A program made the position numbers and the translations under genes. From Octopus vulgaris (Eukaryota), in NCBI GenBank assembly GCA_951406725.2, contig OX597824.1, positions 20,026,001-20,090,000 of the forward strand: a DNA stretch of 64,000 bases. The letters are read 5' to 3'. Below are positions 44,319 through 55,271 of this stretch, one piece after another. Position 1 is the stretch's first letter; each line of letters begins with the position of its first letter. The notes beneath the pieces were generated by a model that worked only from the letters and a program-made list of their open reading frames with translations, did not search any database and was not told where the DNA came from.

Positions 44319-44757
44319 CATCATCATCATTATTATAGTGCACCTGCCTAGAACATCTTCCTCTCCCCCCTCAAAACAAAAACATTTAAAAAAAAAAATT
44401 AAAAATAAAAATAAAGCAAAATAAACAAAACGAAGAAAGCAAGAAAGAAAGAAAGAACTTTAAAATAAATATAATAAAAGAAAAACAAAAAATTAAAAAA
44501 AAACTTCCAAATCATTGCGGAGTTTTCAAAAACAAAAAATACACACAACAAAAAAAAAACCAAAAACAAAAAATTATATGTCCCAGGTCGGAAAGTGACC
44601 TGGGAGCAGAGAATGCTTGTGACTCCCTTCTTGGCTGAATTCACTGTATGGCAGCCATATTTATTTTCTCACCGCTACAAGTTATTTGAAACATTTTAGT
44701 TGAGCTTGGTATATTTATGAATGTTTTGTACAACTGTACTAAGTACATTCAAGTTTT

Positions 44758-44763
44758 AATAAA
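44758..44763 (+). terminator. Candidate distal polyadenylation signal
   Basis: AATAAA preceded by TGTA motifs (ttttgta, ctgtact) and followed about 20 nt later by a long GT/T-rich tract. Confidence 0.4.
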
Positions 44764-45084
44764 CATGTTGTCTGGGAATGACTTTTTTCCGTCTTCTTTC
44801 TTTTCGTTATGTTTTCGTTTATTTGTTTGGTTGTGTTTTTTTTTTTCATCCATTTATTTATTTTATTTTCTCTGTCTTTTTTCTTTTTTTTTTGCCTCTT
44901 CTTAACTAATTTTATATTTGTCTTTTATTCATCCATTCTTCCATTTTTTTTTTCTTCACAATTAAAAACAAATCTGAAAATCATTTCTTTGTCAGATTCT
45001 CCAATAAATTTAATCTCGTAAAATTTTTCCTTCTATTTCTTCTTCTTCCTCTTCACATTGTTAGTCTCTCTCTTTCTTTCCATA

Positions 45085-45633
45085 TGGTGGCTGCCCCCTC
45101 GTTATCGAGTATGGCCATTGCACGAATCTTAATCAATGTTGTTATCGTGCAATGCCTGTGCAAGATTTTTTCAAAGTGAGGAAAGGCTGTGCACTGAGTC
45201 AATCCCACTCACTAAGCAACAGCAGCCATAATCCGAAAAGAAGAACAAGTCAACATCATCGGTAACCACTGAGCCGTAGGTTTTATGTCGGAGTCATCTC
45301 AGTTACCTGAGTTACCTTCTCCTAGAAGGATGCCCTAACAAAGGCTAGGAGTCCTTCACTCCCAATGGTTTAACCGCGCGATCAGGTATTCAGTCCGATT
45401 ACTTCTATGTCCCCGCACATGATACAGCCTTAAGACATTGATTGGATGGCTGTTGACTCTGAAGAGTTCCTCTGTCCTTTGACGGATTTTGCTTTTTCAT
45501 CCCGCAGGGTGACCAATAAACACCCTCCTCACCAAGCAAGCTTAGTGGGGTTGCCGGTTTAGTCGCCGACGACCCGACCATGCAACAGGTTGTACGAGGT
45601 TACATGTTACCAGTAGCACTTGAAAGTGGCCTG
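45085..45633 (-). mobile_element. Non-autonomous RTE-like retroelement
   Basis: GC-richer block with a structured 5' end (ggcgactaaaccggc), an RTE-UTR-like ccttctcctag segment and a ctcgataacgagggggcagcc 3' end; family assignment is from recalled resemblance only. Confidence 0.45.
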
Positions 45634-45834
45634 ACACATACATACATACGTGTATGTCTGTGAAGGCTTATGGACTTGTGGTTAGAGTGTTGCTCTCTGA
45701 ATCTCAAAATCGTGATTTCAATTCCTGACTCATGTGGTGTATCGTGTTCTTAAGCAAGACACTTCATTTCACATTGCTCCCGTCCACTCACTTATAAATA
45801 AGTGACCCTGCAATGGACTACTTTATTCTTTTCT

Positions 45835-46228
45835 ATTCTAGGCACAAGGCTCAAAATTTATCAGGAGGGGGGGGGCAGTCAATTAGACTGACCCAGCATG
45901 CAACTGGTACTTAATTTATCGACCCCTGAAAGGATAAACGGCAGAGTCGACCTGGGCAGAATTTGAACTCAGAACATAAAGACAGGTGAAATACCTATTT
46001 CTTTACTATCCACAAGGGGCTAAACACAGAGAGGACAAACAAGGACAGACACATGGATTAAGTTGATTATATCGACCCCAGTGCATAACTGGTACTTATT
46101 TAATCGACCCTGAAATGATGAAAGGCAAAGTTGACCTCGGCGGAATTTGAACTCAGAACATAGTGGCAGACGAAATACTGCTAAGCATTTCGCCCGGTAC
46201 GCTAGCATTTCTGCCAGCTTGTCTCCTT
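45835..46228 (-). mobile_element. SINE family B dimer
   Basis: Two units joined at gaaatacctatttcttt. Confidence 0.85.
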
Positions 46229-46544
46229 TAAATGAACTGTTTTACTGCCCAGGAGTAATGCTATGGACTTGATTGCTTATTACCATGGAAACTGGGTAAC
46301 CGACCCTACAAGTCCTGAAATTTGGAACAGTACCTTATATAAAGAAGTGGACAAATGTAGAGATAGGAGAGTATTATAATTTGCTTGAAGCATTGCGTAT
46401 TGTTTGTAAAGAATAAAATGTTTCGAATGACACAACAATGAACTATAATACAAACAATGGACTATAAGAACTGTTGTAATTGAACCATCCATAGTCTTTA
46501 AAATAAATATAATAAAAGGAAGACTAAAAATAAAAACTTCCAAA

Positions 46545-46955
46545 GGCGCAGGAGTGGCTGTGTGGTAAGTAGCTTGCTTACCAGCCACATGGTTCTGGGT
46601 TCAGTCCCACTGCGTAGCATCTTGGGCAAGTGTCTTCTACTATAGCCCCAGGCCGACCAATGCCTTGTGAGTGGATTTGGTAGACGGAAACTGAAAGAAG
46701 CCTGTCGTCTATATGTATATATATATATATATATGTGTGTATGTGTTTGCGTGTCTGTGTTTGTCTCCCTAGCATTGCTTGACAACCGATGCTGGTGTGT
46801 TTACGTCCCCGTCACTTAGCGGTTCGGCAAAAGAGACTGATAGAATAAGTACTACGCTTACAAAGAATAAGTCCTTGGGTCGATTTGCTCGACTAAAGGC
46901 GGTGCTCCAGCATGGCCACAGTCAAATGACTGAAACAAGTAAAAGAGTAAGAGTA
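46545..46955 (+). mobile_element. SINE family A, full length
   Basis: ggcgcaggagtggctgtgtggtaag (A-box-like), ggttcagtccc (B-box-like), cttgggcaagtg, tail gtaaaagagtaagagt. Confidence 0.92.
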
Positions 46956-47249
46956 AATCAATGTGGACTTTTCAAAAACAAAATTTACATACACAAAAAC
47001 AAAAACAAAAAATTATATCTCCCAGGTTGGAAAGTATTTTAGTGCATTTTTGTACCGTTCGAAACATTTTATTCTTTGGACAAAAGTAGGTATACAGTTG
47101 GCTTGATATAATGAATATCTGAAATTAAGAATAATTATGTCATTATAGAAGGGATTCATTAAGAAATCAAAGAATTCCTATCTGAAAATGGAAATGGAGA
47201 AATGAATAGAGAATTTCACTTATGATAACCAGTTGTATACCTATTTTTT

Positions 47250-47636
47250 ATTTCAGTCATTTGACTGCGGCCATGCTGGAGCACAGCCTTTAGTCAAACA
47301 AATTTACCCCAGGGCTTATTCTTTGTAAGCTTTAGTACTTATTCTATCAGTCTCTCTCTTGCCAAACTGCTGGATTACAGGGACGTAAACACACCAACAT
47401 TGGTCGTCAAGCGACGGGGGGGGGGGGGCATGCACAAACACACAAACATTTGCATATGCATATATATATATACATACATACGACGGGCTTCTTTCAGTTT
47501 CCGTCTACCAAATCCACCCACAAGGCTTTGGTCGGCCCGAGGCTATAGTAGAAGACACTTGCCCAAGGTGTCACGCAGTGGGACTGAACCCGGAACCATG
47601 TGGTTGGGAAGCAACCTACTCACCACACAGCCACTC
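47250..47636 (-). mobile_element. SINE family A
   Basis: Same consensus, reverse orientation. Confidence 0.9.
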
Positions 47637-47656
47637 ATACCTATTTTCCCCATCTT

Positions 47657-47709
<53 letters not shown>

Positions 47710-47725
47710 ATAGAAATGGTAAGAC

Positions 47726-47938
47726 AACAAAAGAATGAAAGAGACCTCGATATTGTGTAAATAGAGGAATTTATCTGTAAATGGTTACCAAATAATTGGT
47801 TCCCATCAAGAGAACTATACTCTAAGAGACTTTTGGAGGAAATTACCTGTAAGTGTAATATGTGACAATTATTCGGTAGCCATTTACAGATAAATTCCTC
47901 TGTTTACATAATATCGGGGTCTCTTTCATTCTTTTGTT
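47726..47938. repeat. Fold-back, about 72-bp arms and about 68-bp spacer, next to (TA)n
   Basis: aacaaaagaatgaaagagacc...aataattg / caattatt...gtctctttcattcttttgtt. Confidence 0.85.
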
Positions 47939-48043
47939 TACAGATGTATATATTATTATTCGTGTTATCATTATTGTTTTTACGTATTTTTGTATTCTTA
48001 TTCGTGTAACATCGTCCGTTTTTTCGGTCCTTGTTTTGTATAC

Positions 48044-48185
48044 ATTCGAGGCTTCCTTCCAAGGAATCTAATGCGCTTGGCTTAGATTTTCCTTTGGGGC
48101 TGTCCAGATCGGAGCAATCTCAAGATTAATCAACCGAAATTGCGAGGATGATCCGGTTCTTGACTGAAGATTGAAGGCTTCGAAT
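48044..48185 (+). ncRNA. Candidate non-canonically permuted hammerhead with kink-turn (family 1)
   Basis: ccagatc-gga-gcaa-TC-tcaaga-ttaat-caacc-GAAA-ttgc-gag-gat-gatccgg-t-tcttga-CTGAAGA. Confidence 0.6.
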
Positions 48186-48331
48186 ATATATATATATTTT
48201 CAAAAATATAAGAAATGGCCATAATAGGACATTCCTTATATTTTTGAAAGTATATTATATAGTCTTTGACTATCTTTTCTCTCTCACTAGACCACTGGTA
48301 GCGGAGAATTTTATCTAGAATTTTTTGCTAC

Positions 48332-48371
<40 letters not shown>

Positions 48372-48609
48372 ATATATATTATAATGGTGAATTCTCTTGT
48401 TGGACACACACATGTCTCCCAAGGCCTGCTGGTGCCTTGCAAACCTTTTTGGTGAATGGAACATGTTGGGGACTCAGTTTGCTCACGTGCTTGTGGATCA
48501 TTTACTACATGTATTCTTGAGTTGACAGCAAGGCCTGCTTTCCTCCATGCCACAGAACCACAATGGCAGGTAAGAGTTTCATTTCAGACACACACACGCG
48601 CGCGCGCAT

Positions 48610-48641
<32 letters not shown>

Positions 48642-48642
<1 letters not shown>

Positions 48643-48816
48643 GGTGTAGATGTGGCTGTGGTAAGAAGCTTGCTTACGAACCACATGGTTCAGTCCCACT
48701 GCATGGCACCTTGGGCAAGTGTCTTCTTCTATAGCCTCGGGCCGACCAAAGCCTTGTGAGTGGATTTTGTAGACGGAAACTGAAAGAAGCTCGTCGTGTA
48801 TAAGTATATATATATG

Positions 48817-48848
<32 letters not shown>

Positions 48849-49058
48849 GTGTGTGTGTGTGTTTGTGTATTTCTGTGTCTGTTTGTCCCCCAACATCGCT
48901 TGACAACCGATGCTGATGTGTTTACGTCCCCGTAACTTAGCGGTTCGGCAAAAGAGACTGAAAGAATAAGTACTAGGCTTACAAAGCATAAGTCCTGGAG
49001 TCGATTTGCTCGACTAAAGGCGGTGATCCAGCATGGCCACAGTCAAATGACTGAAACA
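48642..49058 (+). mobile_element. SINE family A
   Basis: Same consensus. Confidence 0.9.
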
Positions 49059-49085
49059 ATATGTATCTATATCCATTTTCTTCTC

Positions 49086-49116
<31 letters not shown>

Positions 49117-49359
49117 ATGGCTATGGAGATCCTGGAGGATAAAATAATAATCAAAGGGGGTCCATGGGCCCAATAATGGTGGAGAACCACTGGTCTAGTT
49201 TATGGGACGTGGTATATCTGATGGTTAGGGGTGTGCCCCTGTAATGTCTGGTAGACGTTTGAATAATAGGTAAGCCTGCCATATCATATGGGTATGTTTA
49301 TAATGTCAGGTGGATGTTGTGATTAGCCTAAAATGTCCGAAACATAAGAATATTGCTAA

Positions 49360-49680
49360 CACGTGGTGCAGTGATTAGGGTATTCGGCTCACGACTGTAA
49401 GGTCGTGAGTTCCATTCTCAGCGGCGCGTTGTGCCCTCGAGGAAGACATTTTATTTCACATTGCTGCAGTCCACTAAGCTGGTGAAAATGATTTGTACCT
49501 GTATTTCAAAGGAACCAACCTTGTCACATTCTGTGTCTCGCTGAATCTCACCGAGAACTTACGTTAAGGGCCACACGTGTCTGCGGAGTGCTCAGCCACT
49601 TGCACGTTAATTGCACGAACAAGCTGTTGGGTTGAACGGAGCAACTGGAACACACGGAATCGGGATCGACGGAGTGCCAG
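49360..49680 (+). mobile_element. tRNA-headed SINE family D (V-domain-like); fragment also at about 45670-45820
   Basis: gtggtgcagtgattagg...gtgagttccatt...gttgtgccctcgaggaagacattttatttcacattgct shared between the two loci. Confidence 0.65.
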
Positions 49681-49696
49681 AATAACACTCACTTAA

Positions 49697-49918
49697 GGCG
49701 GCGAGCTGGCAGAATCGCTAGCACGCCGGGCGAAATGCGTAGCCGTATTTCGTCTGCCGCTACGGTCTGAGTTCAAATTCCGCCGAGGTCGACTTTGCCT
49801 TTCATCCTTTCGCGGGTCGATAAATTAAGTACCAGTTACGCACTGGGGTCGATCTAATCGACTTAATCCCTTTGTCTGTCCCCTCTATGTTTAGCCCCTT
49901 GTGGGCAATAAAGAAATA
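49697..49918 (+). mobile_element. SINE family B, full length
   Basis: Consensus match; imperfect TSD agaata(a/t)cactcac. Confidence 0.92.
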
Positions 49919-50258
49919 AGAATATCACTCACCATCACATGTAGAGCCAAATAGCTTCAGTATTATCTTCAGGCAACAACTCTCTGTTACTGCCCATGTT
50001 GCAAATTCTCTGTTCTTCTTCTTTACAGGTGGCCACCACTACTTCAGTTGACTCACGTTATTCATCCTCAAGCAAAGAAGAAAAAAAACAGCGAAAAACA
50101 TTAAGAATCCATTAAATTAAAAATCAATAGTAAATATTAAGCACTAGTTAGAATCAATTGTATTACATTAGTCTATCAATTTCCAAAACATACACACACA
50201 CAAACACATATATATATATACATACATACATATATATATACATACATACATACATACA

Positions 50259-50290
<32 letters not shown>

Positions 50291-50291
50291 C

Positions 50292-50340
<49 letters not shown>

Positions 50341-50437
50341 GTTAATCCAAACAAGAAAACACAAAAAACACAACAACGCGAGGACGTGGAACAAATATAG
50401 TATTATTGGACGCTCAGGAAAGAAGGAAAGAAGGAGG

Positions 50438-50472
50438 GTTTAACGTTTCGAGCGGAGCTCTTCGTCGGAAAC
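50438..50472 (-). ncRNA. Minimal hammerhead-like motif (U4C core variant)
   Basis: Minus strand gttt-CCGACGA-a-gagc(tcc)gctc-GAAA-cg-TT-aaac. Confidence 0.6.
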
Positions 50473-50699
50473 ATAGGAGAAGGAAAGATCCCGAGAAGGG
50501 AAGACAGAGGTAAAAAATCGCTATATATATAGCCCTGAGTTTATTAAACACTTGTGAGTGGATTTAGTTGATGGAAATTATAATTGTCACCAAAATACGA
50601 AAGAAAAAACGCAAGAATAAAATTAGTGAAAAAGAGGAACAGCTGGATCCAGGGAATGCTATAATTTTATTGTGGTTATGGTTGAATTTTCCAGTGACA

Positions 50700-52290
50700 T
50701 AGATTAAACTTTTCAGCGTAAGGACAACACTGAAAATCTCTTTTCTAAAGTTTGAACGGCTTCTCATATTTATCGTAGGACGTACTTTCTTTCCGTAATT
50801 CAAATGGCTCTGGTCTTTTATAATGTAGTCAATGTTTCCGTTCTAATGTTCCATGTGTATCGTAGAATTACTTTTGTTGAAATATCTAAAAAATTTTGAT
50901 CGTGGGAAGAACGTCTTTGTTTGAATTTTCTTTCAGTCGTGCCAATATAAATGTTTTCGATCCCTTGGTATGGTCTGCTTGACGTATCTTTACTTTCGTA
51001 CGTTATCGGCTTTATGTTGAGTGACTGAGCGCAAGGGAAAGTGTTCATAATTTTCATTGAGCAACGTTGATTGTCTTACATGAGATGAGTGCCTTCATAT
51101 CAAGATAACAGTTGTTGCTCATTTTCATGGAGTGTCTGTCGAAAACTTAACTGCGCATGTGATTGTCTAGAAAACGCTTCTCTAAGAGGTCCAAGAAATT
51201 TTCTTTTATACCCTAATCTTAACAGGAACGGAAACAGGGAAGTTATGTATTCTGATGTGATTGTCTAGGAATGGTAGTTCATTGTAGCTGGTTTCTGTTG
51301 TGAATTTGATAGTTGGGTGCAGTGTGTTGAGGATGTTGTGAAATGTTCGTAGATTTTCTTTTGGTCTACCCCCAAAACTGAAGCAGTCATCGAGGTAGCG
51401 CTTCCAGTTCTTCACGATGCTTTCCTTGAAGTTGTGATCAAAGATTTTTCCTACTTCCTCATAAAGTTTACATTCTAGGTAACCCATGACTAGGTTGGCA
51501 TATGAAGGTGCAAATTTCGTACCCGTAGCCGTGCCTTTATCTGTTCGTATATCTTATTATCAAATCTGAAGGTGTTTTCTTCTAGGATTGGACAAGTGGC
51601 TTTGGTAATGAAGTCAGTTTTGAAACGTTCATCTATACATTTTCTGTGTCCCTCTACTTAGCGTTTGACTGCTTCCAGGCCCAAGGTAGAGGTATGTTGG
51701 TATAGAGGTTAGTGGCGTCAAAACTTGCAAGTATAGTGTACCTTTCGGGACAGTAGTTGGGATATGTTTGAGAAAGTCCATGCCATTCCGTATATAGCTG
51801 GGCATTAATGGGCATAAGAGTTTGAGGAGTATGTCCAAGAGACGATTCAGTTGTTGTGTTGGAGCTTGGGGCCCAGCAACTATCAGTCTCATTTTGAGGT
51901 CTGAGGGTCCTTATATCTTTACGTATTGGCTCCGCTGTTCATTCACGACCCTCTGTATCTCGGAACTTTTGTGGATTTTGGGCAATCCGTAGAAATTGCT
52001 CTCTGATTATGAAGTTGCATAAATAGTCTTTTTCCTTGTCTGTGAAGGAGTCCTGGTATTCGTTAATTAGTTTTCTGATTTTATTGAGTGTTGCTTTTTT
52101 CGGGTGTCTTGATTCTTCCTTATAGTATGTTTGATCTGTTAAAATTTCTAGCATTTATTCTTTGTAGTAGTCTGTGTCCACGATTACTATCGCCCCGCCC
52201 TTGTCGGCCTCCCTTTAGTATGATTGAATTGTCGTTCTTTAGTCTTTGTAAAACTTCCTTTTCTCCTTCACGAAGATCATGTTTATAATT
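50700..52290 (-). mobile_element. Decayed Penelope-like element (RT + GIY-YIG endonuclease remnant)
   Basis: Minus-strand motifs in order, across frameshifts: ADKGGAIVIVD, FYGLPKIHK, SFDATNLYTNI, GTKFAPSYANLVMGYLE, RYLDDCF, LPFLD, then IYIGTTERKFKQR. Confidence 0.9.
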
Positions 52291-53102
52291 GAGAAACACT
52301 TTCCCACACTTAAACTCTTTTCAGATTGTATTTAAAATCATAACTATACTTACTTAAAAATCACTCTTTCAAGAACATAGCCATACACGGCTAAATCAAA
52401 AGCAACATCTGGAATTTTAATAAAAAAAAAGAAAAAACTTTGCCTACATCCATACAACCATTCTCTTTCCCTTACATTAATGAAAACAAAAGAATTAAAA
52501 ACAAGACCTTGAAATATAATTATAATTCTACTGGAGTAAATCGAAAACAACATCTGGTTTTCCAGTTAAAAATTTTGACCACTTGAATACAAAAATTCTT
52601 TTTCTTCCCCCACCCAAAAGCCCACTAAGTGGAAATAAAAAACAACATATTAAATCCTAATCAAACAAGTCTGACCACACTGAAACAAAAGCCACGCCTT
52701 CTTTACCTACCCCCTTTTCAAACTTTTCTTCTTTCTTTTCCCTTGCCTCGCAACCCCACAAACAAGAATATAATCCCCAAACACACCCTTTCTACCTTCT
52801 TTTCCCTTCTCTATTTCACTATCTCCCACTGTCTCCTCCTCTCTCACCTCTACACATTCCTTTCTAATTTGTTCCTTCCTCCTCTCTCTCTCATTCTTTT
52901 CCCAAAACATAATCAGTTTCAATTTTATATAAAAAGGCGAAGCATACTTACTGTAAACCACTTTTCTGATAAATCCTATAACGGAAGAAGGCGCTGAAAA
53001 TGTAAATAAAATTATATATAACCATTCACCATTCTGACTACCTTGTTATTTTCAAAATACAATATTTGTACATCACTTCAAAAGACTCTCTCTCTCTCTC
53101 TC

Positions 53103-53136
<34 letters not shown>

Positions 53137-53231
53137 GTATACACACACACATATATATAGTTTGAATTTACAGAAAAACAAGAGACGAAGACAGGTGTAT
53201 GAACAAGAAACGCTCGGGAAGGTGAGAACGT

Positions 53232-53267
53232 CTTTTAGGTTTCGAGTCTACGCTCTTCTACAGAAAG
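53232..53267 (-). ncRNA. Degenerate minimal hammerhead-like motif
   Basis: Minus strand cttt-CTGTAGA-a-gagc(gtag)actc-GAAA-cc-TA-aaag; core and helix mutations. Confidence 0.4.
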
Positions 53268-53510
53268 GAACACGAGGAAATGAACAGAAAGAGAATTAAT
53301 TAAATGCTTTAGGGGGCTAGTGGTCAATCATGGCGGCTGGCTGGAAAGAGGTTGTTAGATAGGGGAGCTAGGAAGAAGGGGAGATAATAAATTATTGGTG
53401 ATCCCAATACGAAGGTGTGCCTGCGTGTGTATGTGGATGACGGTGTGTGTGCTGGGAAGTGGTCAGTGCTAGTGTGAGCGGGGTGGTTTGATGTGGTGGT
53501 ATGCGGTGTG

Positions 53511-53589
<79 letters not shown>

Positions 53590-53809
53590 AACATATTCTT
53601 TTATTTGTTTCACTCATCTGACTGCGGCGATGCTGGAGCACCGCCTTTAGTCGAACAAAATCGCCCCCAGGACTTATTCTCTGTAAGCCTAGTACTTATT
53701 CTATCGGTCTCTTTTGTCGAATTGCTAAGTTACAGGGACGTAAAAACACCAGCATCGGTTATCAAGAGATGATGGGGGAACAAACACAGACGCACAAACA
53801 TATACATAC

Positions 53810-53849
<40 letters not shown>

Positions 53850-53854
<5 letters not shown>

Positions 53855-54215
53855 TAATATTAATTAGAGACAAAACCACTATTTTGCAAATGAAACAAAG
53901 AAAGACTTAATCCAATACATAAAAAAAAATTAATATAAATTAAATAAAATTATAACTTAAAATAGAATAGAAGATCTGAAATCCACCTGATGAATGTCCT
54001 GAGAAGAGACATGAAACAATTGTAGTGGCGAATATAATTTTATTTAATTTATATAAAAAAATTTTTATGTATTGGATTAAGTCTTTCTTTGTTTGATTTG
54101 CAAAATAGTGGTTTTGTCTCTAATTAATATTATATAATATTTTACTATAAAATTGGATTCAATCCTAAATCTAATTTTCCCTGTAAATTTGGATTTATTC
54201 CCTAATATTTATTAT

Positions 54216-54220
<5 letters not shown>
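53850..54220 (+). mobile_element. Short PLE-type element with about 105-bp inverted arms flanking a hammerhead, inside (TA)n
   Basis: 53850-53954 is the reverse complement of about 54033-54136; tail homologous to 27835-27950. Confidence 0.75.
53983..54028 (+). ncRNA. Minimal type I hammerhead ribozyme (PLE type)
   Basis: ccac-CTGATGA-atgtc(ctgagaaga)gacat-GAAA-caattg-TA-gtgg; palindromic helix III; predicted cleavage after GUA at 54024. Confidence 0.85.
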
Positions 54221-54314
<94 letters not shown>

Positions 54315-54327
54315 GTATGTATGTATG

Positions 54328-54379
<52 letters not shown>

Positions 54380-54584
54380 CGTATGTATGTATGTATGTAT
54401 GTATGTATGTATGTATGAATGAATGCATGTATGTATATATACACACGACGGGCTTTCAGTTTCCATTTACCAAATCCGCTGACAAGGCTTTGGTCGGCCC
54501 GAGGCTATAGTAGAAGACACTTGCCCAAGGTGCCACGCTGTGGGACTGAAACCGGAACCATGTGGTTGGAAAGCAAACTTCTTA

Positions 54585-54804
54585 TTTCTTTATTGCCCCC
54601 AAGGGGCTAAACACAGAGAGGACAAACAAGGACAGACAAAGGGATTAAGTCGATTACATCGACTCCAGTGCGTAACTGGTACTTAATTTATCGACCCCAA
54701 AAGGATGAAAGGCAAAGTCGACCTCGGCGGAATTTGAACTGAAAACGTAACGGCAGACGAAATACGGCTACGTATTTCGCCCGGCGTGCTAACATTTCTG
54801 CCAA
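54585..54804 (-). mobile_element. SINE family B inserted into SINE family A
   Basis: ttctta duplicated at 54579-54584 and 54805-54810. Confidence 0.88.
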
Positions 54805-54823
54805 TTCTTACCATACAGCCACG

Positions 54824-54899
<76 letters not shown>

Positions 54900-55186
54900 A
54901 TACTTGCCATCTCAATATGGCTAACCACTAAGGGTGGGTGTTACTATAGCTTGTAGCTCCAGGAGAACATCGTCTCCAGCTGGATTTAAGCACACTTTCT
55001 GTGCCCTTATGGTATTTGCAAAGGGAGGTCACCCTTCCCTCGTCAACCTAAGTGATACGCACGGACTGCAGCTTCTAGGTTTTGACCTGTCATTAACGTA
55101 CGACAATCACCGGTTTTCGATGAAAAGGTGTTCCAATGCAAATCCTTATATCGTTTTTCCAGTAACTTTTCGTCACTATATATATT

Positions 55187-55269
<83 letters not shown>

Positions 55270-55271
<2 letters not shown>

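Larger units (their letters stand above)
53595..54826 (-). mobile_element. SINE family A split by two nested insertions
   Basis: 3' half at 53595-53800, 5' part at 54444-54584, head at 54805-54826. Confidence 0.85.

Noticed and set aside
46545-46620. tRNA-like A/B boxes at SINE heads
   Set aside because: No complete cloverleaf; these are SINE promoters, not tRNA genes
52950-53000. Hammerhead remnant ttttctgataaatcc...gga...gaaaa and a possible PLE fragment at 52300-52600
   Set aside because: Core too decayed (no G8, no GAAA-helix III) and no clear protein motif
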